From the NCBI GenBank assembly GCA_964446685.1, contig CAYUPO010000002.1, positions 3,606 through 62,630 on the forward strand: a DNA stretch of 59,025 bases, read 5' to 3'. The notes beneath the pieces were generated by a model. It did no database searches. It was not told the DNA's origin and saw nothing but the letters and a program-made list of their open reading frames with translations. The position numbers and the translations under genes are program-made. The first letter of the stretch is position 1, and each line of letters starts with the position of its first letter. This DNA is from an uncultured Gammaproteobacteria bacterium. GTDB taxonomy: Bacteria; Patescibacteriota; Microgenomatia; Daviesbacterales; UBA10151. Of the stretch, positions 1 through 8,340 are shown piece after piece.

Positions 1-365
1 TAAAATTTTTGCTTATTCCTTTATTTATCGGCGTCTTTGCTTATACTTCAATAAACTCAGGTGTTGGAGAAGAAAAAGAGATTGAACAAACAATCAGTCT
101 GATTACCATGTTTTCAATTATCTTTGTTTTCATCGCCAAAAATATTAAATTTCGTTTACTTTCATTATTTGGAAATTATTCTTATGAAATATATTTATTG
201 CACTGGCCTTTGCTGGCTCAATATGATCTGTTTTACCGTTATTTACCTGCCGCAGCAGCGACTCTCTGTTATTTAGTCTATTTTCTGATTTTGGCTTTTA
301 TTTTAAGAAAAATAACGGATTTGATTTCATTTACGAAATACAAAAAGCTGGAGAAAACTAGTTAA
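1..365 (+). CDS. Acyltransferase family 3 (OafA/YrhL-like) membrane protein, 5'-truncated by window edge
   Basis: Frame open to the window edge; hydrophobic helices plus the family-typical C-terminal motif GNYSYEIYLLHWPLL; overlaps the convergent gene by 8 nt. Confidence 0.75.
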   Translation, partial: KFLLIPLFIGVFAYTSINSGVGEEKEIEQTISLITMFSIIFVFIAKNIKFRLLSLFGNYSYEIYLLHWPLLAQYDLFYRYLPAAAATLCYLVYFLILAFILRKITDLISFTKYKKLEKTS

Positions 366-1629
366 AAAAGGTATTTCTTAAATCACTCCAAAATGAATAA
401 AATGGACCCGGATTTTGTTTTTTTAAAGTAATATTTTCTCTTCCTTTTGGAGATTTAGAGATAGTAATTTTTTTATCATCATAGCCGGCTTTTTTAAAAG
501 TTACAGTCTGAAAACCATACAAAGGAACCAGATATTCCCCAGGTTCTGCATTGTACTGTTTATTATTTGCTTCGATCAAAACCCCATTAACTTTAAATCC
601 CAACTCATCCTGAATAGATCCATACAGCTGCATCGGCAAAAAATATTTAGTCAAAATAGAAACAGCTTTTTTAGGAGTATTATCATCATTCCAGATAGCG
701 GTACTGCCACCTTTATTTACCCAATAAGAAATACCATATAAATCTTTACTCTTGAGCAACTCACCCATCGCTTCATCAATCCACTCTGCCTGCTGAGTTT
801 CAGTCATTTCACCATTTAGATCCGGAATCGGCGCACCAAATTCACCTAAGACTATTTTAGCTTTTGTTTTTTCAGCTAATTGATTTACATCCCGAGCTAC
901 TCTTTTGGCTTCTCCTACATAATGATCGATCGTCACAAATCCACCAACTCCTTTGGCAGTTGCTTCATCCATGATCAGATCAGCCACATCTTTATTCATC
1001 GACATTAGAGAAGTATTAACAGTTTTACCAATCTGTGAAAATGCAGCCTGACTTTGAACATGCTGATCAATCAGAAATTTTCGGTACTCATCAACCTTAC
1101 CTGTCATTCTAGGATCTCCCTGAGCCCCATTCTCACATTCCGGACAACCTGTAAATGCATCACCATTTTCAAATAAATCCGGATGTTGTTTTATAAAAGT
1201 GGTTGTCTGAGCCAGATGCTGTTCAAAAGTCATTTTTTTATCATATCCAAACCAACCTTCCCAACTAGACCAATTACCCCTAAACCAAACTTTCAGATGA
1301 TTTTTTCGTGCTGCAACTACCCACTTTTTTAAAAATGGTAAGAATTCTTCATCATACGGTGATCCAATCCCAATATGCGTAGCACCTGTATCAGCAATAT
1401 TTTTTACCTGTGTTTCTATCTCTTTATCAAAAGATGGATCATTCAGTTTCTCTCTTGCCAAATCTCTTGATAATTTCATAGTATCAACCGAGCGAAATTG
1501 CCATGGAGTTAATGGCATCGTTTGATGGAAAAAACTTTTTGTTTGAAACCAAAAGAATAGTAAAGCTATAATGCTGATAAAGCTAATCACCAAAACCCAA
1601 AATAATAGATTTGGAATATAAATTTTCAT
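358..1629 (-). CDS. Membrane-anchored clan GH-A (GH5-like) glycoside hydrolase with C-terminal PEGA/carboxypeptidase-regulatory-like beta domain
   Basis: N-terminal TM helix; putative acid/base region CPECENG, TIDHY, nucleophile motif IVLGEFG; C-terminal LYGSIQD...VTFKKAGY. Confidence 0.65.
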   Translation of the reverse strand: MKIYIPNLLFWVLVISFISIIALLFFWFQTKSFFHQTMPLTPWQFRSVDTMKLSRDLAREKLNDPSFDKEIETQVKNIADTGATHIGIGSPYDEEFLPFLKKWVVAARKNHLKVWFRGNWSSWEGWFGYDKKMTFEQHLAQTTTFIKQHPDLFENGDAFTGCPECENGAQGDPRMTGKVDEYRKFLIDQHVQSQAAFSQIGKTVNTSLMSMNKDVADLIMDEATAKGVGGFVTIDHYVGEAKRVARDVNQLAEKTKAKIVLGEFGAPIPDLNGEMTETQQAEWIDEAMGELLKSKDLYGISYWVNKGGSTAIWNDDNTPKKAVSILTKYFLPMQLYGSIQDELGFKVNGVLIEANNKQYNAEPGEYLVPLYGFQTVTFKKAGYDDKKITISKSPKGRENITLKKQNPGPFYSFWSDLRNTFFN

Positions 1630-1667
1630 ACTAGCTCATTGTAACAGTACTTATATAAAGAATTAAA

Positions 1668-3296
1668 TTATTTTTGATTAACAAATATTGCCTCTGTATT
1701 AAGATCATTTAAAAACTCTTCTTTTAATTCATAAATATCTGCAAAAGGATATTTTGCAACCAGACGATATCTTGATAACCCATCACTATTTTTAATTAAT
1801 CTCCAAGTCGAATCATTATCATCGTAAGTTCTAGTCACAATCCATCTGGCCCATCTGTCTGGCGATCCGGTAGCAGCTTTCCAATATTCTCCGGTTCCTT
1901 CATGAATAAACCGATCCATCGGTAATCCAGATGAAAAAATGATTGCATCATGTGAAGCGGCGGAAATCAGAATAAATCCTTTTTGGCCAGTTGCATGTTC
2001 TTTAATATAACCTGATACTTCAGAAACATTTTTTTGACTTGAACCAACTCTAGCATCATCGATTGTAGCTGCGTCAAAACTATTAAACTGAAAAAAGGTA
2101 ACTAAAATTAATAATCCAATTAAAACAATTTTTAAATTATCCAGTTTGTGAACCAGGTAACCGGTAAATACTGCGATAAATGGCATTAACATGACTCCAT
2201 ATCGGACATTAAACCAGGTATCACCATTAATACCTTGAATAAACAAAACTGAAAACCCTAGATAAAGAGCTAAAATATTAAAAAATAAGGGGCCAAGCAA
2301 TGCAATTGAGGCAAGTTTGTTATTTAAACTGACTTTTTTATCTAACCAAAAAACTGCTCCTCCGAAGAAACTTAATAATGAAATGAAAGTATTGCTGTTA
2401 TAAAACAGAGCATAAAAATAGGTCTGAGTAGAAATCCACCAGTTATTCTTTGTAATTAAATTCCCCGCTTGATCAAGTTGTTGTTGTTGAGCATGAGCAG
2501 AATATGGACCGAGTGCAAAATAAAGTGCATCGCCAAAAATTAACTGATTCCACAAAAACCACAGAATTATTCCCAACCCACCTAAAGTACAAAATAAGAA
2601 AAATAGTCCCTCAGCCCCTTTGTATCCTTTTTTGCGATAACCATGAATAACAATTAAAATGGCTGTGATCAAAAATAAAAACCAACCATCATACCTGGTT
2701 AAAGTAGCCATCATTAGCCAAAAAGCAGTTTTTAATAAATCAATAATTCTCTGATTTTCAAACCAAAGAATTAAATAATAAGCACCAGCAGTCGATGTAG
2801 CAATTAGCAGCAACTCAGTCATTGCTGTTGATTGCAAATATAAAATATTTAAGTTTAAGGCAAATACTAAGACACCAATTATTCGACCCAAGAAAGATAC
2901 ATTGAGATGTTTTAATATCAGATAGATTAATACTCCAGTTGCCACATAAGAGATCATCGAAACAATCGCTCCTGAAAGTCCTGTATGCCACATGAAATCG
3001 TTCCAGATTGTCGGAATCATTAGAATATGATTAAGCGGTAACCAGACTGATCCAAGCTGTGCTAAACCGGGTTTTAATCCTTCAACAACCCGTCGACCAA
3101 TATCTAAATGGGATCTGGCATCGTTATATGCTAGAGCTAATCCATCTGAAATAAATACTAGAAAAAATGCTATTGATATTCCAGTCAGAAATAGAGTTAT
3201 AAATAACACAGCTTTTCGCTCAAAAAAATTAAATAAACTTTTTAGAATATTTGTTTTTAAAACAATCTCAATAGTTGTAAATTTTGATATATTCAT
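1668..3296 (-). CDS. GT-C fold (PMT/ArnT-like, GT39/GT83-like) polytopic membrane glycosyltransferase
   Basis: More than 10 TM segments; first external loop YNDARSHL with acidic residue; TRYDGW; soluble C-terminal domain. Confidence 0.7.
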   Translation of the reverse strand: MNISKFTTIEIVLKTNILKSLFNFFERKAVLFITLFLTGISIAFFLVFISDGLALAYNDARSHLDIGRRVVEGLKPGLAQLGSVWLPLNHILMIPTIWNDFMWHTGLSGAIVSMISYVATGVLIYLILKHLNVSFLGRIIGVLVFALNLNILYLQSTAMTELLLIATSTAGAYYLILWFENQRIIDLLKTAFWLMMATLTRYDGWFLFLITAILIVIHGYRKKGYKGAEGLFFLFCTLGGLGIILWFLWNQLIFGDALYFALGPYSAHAQQQQLDQAGNLITKNNWWISTQTYFYALFYNSNTFISLLSFFGGAVFWLDKKVSLNNKLASIALLGPLFFNILALYLGFSVLFIQGINGDTWFNVRYGVMLMPFIAVFTGYLVHKLDNLKIVLIGLLILVTFFQFNSFDAATIDDARVGSSQKNVSEVSGYIKEHATGQKGFILISAASHDAIIFSSGLPMDRFIHEGTGEYWKAATGSPDRWARWIVTRTYDDNDSTWRLIKNSDGLSRYRLVAKYPFADIYELKEEFLNDLNTEAIFVNQK

Positions 3297-4903
3297 TTGT
3301 TACTCCATTTCAACATCAACATTAAAGAAACAGACGGTATTAAAATGATCGCCACTAAAATATAAAGATATTCTTGAGCTGTAATATATTGATGAGCAAT
3401 TGTTTGAAAAACAAAAGATTTTGAATGATTACTGATCAAAAAATCCCAGTTTCTGGCATAGGTATATTTTTGAACCTGGCCCGAAAGTTTTTCCAGTTCC
3501 AAAACCTCAACCTGAGGAGGGTTTGCACTTGAAGTAATAGCCCCTAAAGTATTCACAAAAACTGAGTAAGAAAAGAAAATAAAAAATAAACCAAGAAACC
3601 ACCATTTTTTACGCCAGTAGGTGAGCAGCATACCGATAAAAATTGCTAAGATTGCATATGCTGGAGTAAGATACCTTGAACCAAAAGCCCATCCTCCCCA
3701 ATAATCCCCCCACATTGAATACAGGACTATATTAATCGCCATAACCGATACCAAAAGAGCCATATACATCATTTTTTTACGATAAGCGAGATACAACCCA
3801 ATAAAGCCAAATAAAATAACTGGACAATAATAAATAATTCCCCGATCAGGACTAATCCAGTGAATGTTAAATGCACTGAGCATACTTCTGGTACTAAAAA
3901 ATCCAGCCGCTGAACGACTTTGAGAAGAAGTGTTAGTAAATTTCTGTAAATCCGTAGTAGTATTTCCTTTTGGAACGGTTGGCTTTCCATTATTATCAAT
4001 TTCTTGTACTGAGGCCACAGTTCCGGCCAATTGAAAAGGACTACCATAAGAAACTTGATTAAACCAAAGCAAAAAAGCTAAAGGGAGGACTGCAGCAGCA
4101 AAGGTTAAGAAGCCTAAAATATTTACCTTTATACTCATTTGGTTATTGCTTTGGACAACTCTGATCAATCTTAATAATCCAAAAATACCTAATGGAAGCA
4201 TCATAAATAAATTTGGGTAATCCACCGAAAGAGATAAAGCCGCTAAAAACCAAACTCCAACCAAACTCCAAACAGTTTTAAATCGAACCAGAAAATACAA
4301 GCTCATTAGTAACAAAAAAATAGAAACATGATGTTGAAATAGCGATACAGCATAAACAAATGAGGGTGTCGCAAACAGAAAAGTTAAGGAAGCCAGTAGT
4401 CCGGCAGTTTTGCTACCTCCTAGCAATGACACAATTGATTTGATAAGAAAGGCATTTAATATTGCAAAAATCGCTATTACAGCATAGGCTCCCACCTGAG
4501 AAGCTCCTAATACCTTACCTAACAAATAACCTGGCAACACAACAAAAGAAACTCCTTGAGCAAACAGTGACACAAAGTTTCCATTTTTATATCCCAAGTC
4601 CGGTGTTGCAAAACGAGCCACTGGAACTGAAAAGTGGACACTCTTATCTTCGATCAGTGAATAGGTTAAAGCAAATCTTCCACGTTCTGGAGATAGTTCA
4701 AGGGGACCATTATCTTTCCATACCATCTGATTTAATTCATTTATATTTGGAACTCCAGGCAGACCTCGCAGTGTTAAACTCAAAATAACTACTAAAAAGA
4801 TCAGAAAGACACTATTTCCAATTAGATTACCAAAAAACCCCCATATTTTATGAGATGTAAAAGGTTGCATATTTTTTGTAATTTGATTTAATTTACTATT
4901 CAT
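3293..4903 (-). CDS. Second GT-C fold membrane glycosyltransferase
   Basis: Polytopic; loop acidic residues (ELSPE, TPDLG); SVDYP; late-loop motif WGGWAFGSRYLTP; 4-nt start/stop overlaps with both neighbours. Confidence 0.65.
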   Translation of the reverse strand: MNSKLNQITKNMQPFTSHKIWGFFGNLIGNSVFLIFLVVILSLTLRGLPGVPNINELNQMVWKDNGPLELSPERGRFALTYSLIEDKSVHFSVPVARFATPDLGYKNGNFVSLFAQGVSFVVLPGYLLGKVLGASQVGAYAVIAIFAILNAFLIKSIVSLLGGSKTAGLLASLTFLFATPSFVYAVSLFQHHVSIFLLLMSLYFLVRFKTVWSLVGVWFLAALSLSVDYPNLFMMLPLGIFGLLRLIRVVQSNNQMSIKVNILGFLTFAAAVLPLAFLLWFNQVSYGSPFQLAGTVASVQEIDNNGKPTVPKGNTTTDLQKFTNTSSQSRSAAGFFSTRSMLSAFNIHWISPDRGIIYYCPVILFGFIGLYLAYRKKMMYMALLVSVMAINIVLYSMWGDYWGGWAFGSRYLTPAYAILAIFIGMLLTYWRKKWWFLGLFFIFFSYSVFVNTLGAITSSANPPQVEVLELEKLSGQVQKYTYARNWDFLISNHSKSFVFQTIAHQYITAQEYLYILVAIILIPSVSLMLMLKWSNK

Positions 4904-5592
4904 AGTGATTTTTCCAAAACATGATTAAAAAAACCCATACGATGATGAATATATTTTCTAACAGAACTATTTTGTAATTTCTTTTTAAATTCAACATATT
5001 CTTTAAGCAAAAATTTATTCTTTTCTAAAGCTCGAAAAACTTTCATACTTCTAATATACCCCTTAAACCAGGGATCCACTAAAGTAATTTCAACATTTAT
5101 ATCATCCACTTTAAATACCCATTCCGCAAACATTTTTCTAATTTTTTCAGGCTCACCAAATAAGGCTACAAGTTGAGGAATAAATGTTTCGAATTCACTT
5201 GCTTTTGCTTCAACAAATAGATCTATATCACGTTCTCCCAACACTTTTAACTTCGCTGACCCCACAAAATTCACCTTCAACTCTGGCATCTTTTTTTGAA
5301 TTTGTGCTATTAGTTTATCCGCAATTTTTTGAAGATCATTTTTGTAGGGAACTATATGCACTTTTTTAGTTGCCGGAATAGCCAAAAGATAAATATAGTC
5401 TTTTGGTGTGGTGTAAAATAATTTTAATTCAGAAATTAACCAACTACCCCATTTTGTGATTACTTCAGCTATATCAGATAAAATCAAAAATTCTACCAGA
5501 ATTCCTAAAGCTACTATACACATTAAAAGCCAGATACTCACAGGAATCCATCCAGTTTTTATTAAAAAGTTATTTAACAATAAGTGAATCAT
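4900..5592 (-). CDS. GrpB/UPF0157-like nucleotidyltransferase-fold protein with N-terminal hydrophobic segment
   Basis: HIVPY...FVGSAKLKVLGERDIDLFV (GS + DxD); C-terminal EYVEFKKKL helix typical of GrpB. Confidence 0.65.
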   Translation of the reverse strand: MIHLLLNNFLIKTGWIPVSIWLLMCIVALGILVEFLILSDIAEVITKWGSWLISELKLFYTTPKDYIYLLAIPATKKVHIVPYKNDLQKIADKLIAQIQKKMPELKVNFVGSAKLKVLGERDIDLFVEAKASEFETFIPQLVALFGEPEKIRKMFAEWVFKVDDINVEITLVDPWFKGYIRSMKVFRALEKNKFLLKEYVEFKKKLQNSSVRKYIHHRMGFFNHVLEKSL

Positions 5593-7427
5593 TTAATTGT
5601 ATTAACCTCCAATCCAATTCTTTTTCTTAAATTTATATAAGAAATTGATGACAATAATGTAAACTGGATTTTTTCTTTCAACTTTAAAAGACCCATATAA
5701 AAACTCATCCAAAAAATACCCAGGGGTGACAACATTGCTTCAAATTGTTGCTGACTTATTAAATTTTCCATTGAAATTCGATTATTAAGAAACTTTGAGT
5801 CTTGCAACTTAAAAGCTCCTCCATCAACGGTAAAAGCATTTTTATAACCAGCCTTTTTAACAACTTCGATAATATTATTACTGTAGATTCCTCGTGGATA
5901 GGCAAAATATTTCAATTTAAATCCCAAACTTTTTTCAAGTTTTATCTTACTTATTAAAATTTCTTCCTTAAGCTCTGTTTGAGATAAAAGCCTTAGGTCT
6001 GAATGTGTTTTTGTATGATAGCCAATTTCCCAGCCCTCTTTTTTCAAAAATTTAATTTGTTTTGTGTTTAGTAAAGGTAACTGGTTATCCAGTTCAGATC
6101 TGTTAGCTTCAGCTGCGTTTCCAAGAACAAAAAGAGTAGCCGGTATTCGATACTTTTTTAATATTTTATGAACATCTGTTAAGTTATCCATGTACCCATC
6201 ATCAAAAGTAAGTGCAACACTATTTTTAATACTTTTTCCATTAACCAACTGATCCAATGAAACTAATTTATAATGTTCCATTAAGTACTGAATTTGTTTT
6301 AAAAATTGTTTTTTAGAAACGGAAAATCTCCAGTCTCCATCACTTACTGAGTGATAACACAAAACCACTGAGTTATTTTTACTATTCAAAACCTTAAACA
6401 ATTTATTTACCATATCAACTAAGTTCAAACCAAATAACATAAATCGTTCTGCAACAGAAATAGTTTTAGACTGATTTTTGATAAAAGAGGCCACAAAAAT
6501 TGTTAAAAAATCATAGCTTTCTTTATACTCCGCACTTTTGCTACTAGAAATAGCCATCATTTGAATCGAATAAAAAATAGCCAAAGCTAAGAACTTTTTT
6601 TCGGAGTAACCATTATTAAATTTATCCTCAAGAAAATTATTTAGCTCTTGCCGTAATTCAGCAAATCCTCCCTTAGCCACAATCGCCAAATCTGTTTCTT
6701 TTTCAGCCAAGACCATAACTTCTGGATCTAGAATAGTGAGAGTATTGTTTCGAACAATGATATTCTTCGAATGAATGTCTCTATGACTTAAAACAAATTC
6801 ACTTGAAAAAATGGTCGATAAATAGTTTAAATAAAATAAAAAACTTAATTTTAAATACATCAGTAGATTTTTAAAATCTTTAACTAAAGTGAATAAAAGA
6901 TACACCGGAAAAGTCAATATATTTTGTATTTGACTAATTTTAGGAAATTTTTCAATGATTGGTTTAGATGCGGTATTAGATAGAGTTTGGAAAAAAGAAA
7001 GTATTCGAGAAAAATGGTTAATTTTTTCATCAGCTTTTAAATTAAAAAGAGTCATACCGTGAATGTACTCACTAACATACCCAATTTGACCTTTATTATT
7101 TAATTCACTTAGGACTTGAGGGAACCTAATTTTAAATTGATTATTTTTTCCTACTAATAAATTCAATGCCTTTAAAATCACTATTTCTTGTCTAAGCTGA
7201 AAATATGTTATATCCTTCCATATATAATCCCATGTTTTAACTACAACTTTTTGTTTGTTTAAGGAATATAGTGCAACCAGTGGTTTTATATTAGATACAT
7301 CAGCCAATGGTTTAACAAATTTCATTTTTAATATTTGTTTTTTAAATATTTGATTTTTTCTCTTAAAAAAACCAATTTTTTTAATTAAAACCCCATATAT
7401 AATTTTTTGTATAGTTAGATAATTCAT
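5589..7427 (-). CDS. Fusion: APH/choline-kinase-like phosphotransferase + CE4 polysaccharide deacetylase (IcaB/PgaB-like)
   Basis: Kinase motifs VVVK, HRDIHSKN, DPE; deacetylase motifs LCYHSV, TFDDGY, HTKTH, FAYPRG in one ORF. Confidence 0.8.
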   Translation of the reverse strand: MNYLTIQKIIYGVLIKKIGFFKRKNQIFKKQILKMKFVKPLADVSNIKPLVALYSLNKQKVVVKTWDYIWKDITYFQLRQEIVILKALNLLVGKNNQFKIRFPQVLSELNNKGQIGYVSEYIHGMTLFNLKADEKINHFSRILSFFQTLSNTASKPIIEKFPKISQIQNILTFPVYLLFTLVKDFKNLLMYLKLSFLFYLNYLSTIFSSEFVLSHRDIHSKNIIVRNNTLTILDPEVMVLAEKETDLAIVAKGGFAELRQELNNFLEDKFNNGYSEKKFLALAIFYSIQMMAISSSKSAEYKESYDFLTIFVASFIKNQSKTISVAERFMLFGLNLVDMVNKLFKVLNSKNNSVVLCYHSVSDGDWRFSVSKKQFLKQIQYLMEHYKLVSLDQLVNGKSIKNSVALTFDDGYMDNLTDVHKILKKYRIPATLFVLGNAAEANRSELDNQLPLLNTKQIKFLKKEGWEIGYHTKTHSDLRLLSQTELKEEILISKIKLEKSLGFKLKYFAYPRGIYSNNIIEVVKKAGYKNAFTVDGGAFKLQDSKFLNNRISMENLISQQQFEAMLSPLGIFWMSFYMGLLKLKEKIQFTLLSSISYINLRKRIGLEVNTIK

Positions 7428-7430
7428 AGT

Positions 7431-8336
7431 TTAATTTTTGGTTGAGGTTGCTGTGAACCAAGTTAATTTATAATTTTTACTTATCAGTGAGAAAAATGGG
7501 CGGCAAAGAGAATTAATAAACACAATATATAGTGTTGGAACAGGATACTGGAATAACACTTTGATAATGGTATTGAAATAGAAATTTAATGGTCTTCTAT
7601 ATTCTTTTTCCACTAACCCTTTGAATCTTTTATTTAAACTCACTCTAACCGCTTCAGGATTTGATCGAAACACCTGTTTCAAATAATCGGACAATTTAGT
7701 CGGCAATCTGTAATACACTACTGAGTCACTTACATGAACAAATTTTCGCTTTTGCTTGAGACAACTGAAATAAATAAAATCATCTTCATTCATAACTTTT
7801 GGGAATTTTAAACTTTTAGCAAAACTTTTTCTCATCATCATACAAGCCCCAGTACATCCAAAAATATTATGACCGTTATTCATTTTCTTACGTGATTCAT
7901 CGAATACTAAGAATGTTGAATAGACTGCTTTTTCAAAAAAAGTTATTGGTTTTTTAGGTCTTGTATTTCCTCCTACTAAAGCCACATCTTCATTTTTAAA
8001 TGGTTTAACTAAGTTACTAATAACCTGATTGCTTTTTATTTCAATATCAGCATCTAACATTAAAATAAATTCACCTTCAGCTTGCTTAAATATCTGCCCC
8101 ATTCTCAGAGCTTTTCCTAGTCTTTTACCATCATCAATAACATTCACCAATTTACTTTTCACTTGACGAGCTTTTTCAGCAGTTTGATCATTACAACCAT
8201 CACAAGTTATTAAAATCTCTTTAAGTAACCAGCCTTCTGCTTTTTGTTTTAGAACAGCTTCGATTACTCTTTTAATTGTCTTTTCTTCATTGTAGGCTGA
8301 AATACCAACCGTAATAGTTACATTTTTATTGTTCAT
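7431..8336 (-). CDS. Glycosyltransferase family 2
   Basis: VGISAYNEE, DGCND, LDAD (DxD), EDD. Confidence 0.85.
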   Translation of the reverse strand: MNNKNVTITVGISAYNEEKTIKRVIEAVLKQKAEGWLLKEILITCDGCNDQTAEKARQVKSKLVNVIDDGKRLGKALRMGQIFKQAEGEFILMLDADIEIKSNQVISNLVKPFKNEDVALVGGNTRPKKPITFFEKAVYSTFLVFDESRKKMNNGHNIFGCTGACMMMRKSFAKSLKFPKVMNEDDFIYFSCLKQKRKFVHVSDSVVYYRLPTKLSDYLKQVFRSNPEAVRVSLNKRFKGLVEKEYRRPLNFYFNTIIKVLFQYPVPTLYIVFINSLCRPFFSLISKNYKLTWFTATSTKN

Positions 8337-8340
8337 ATAT

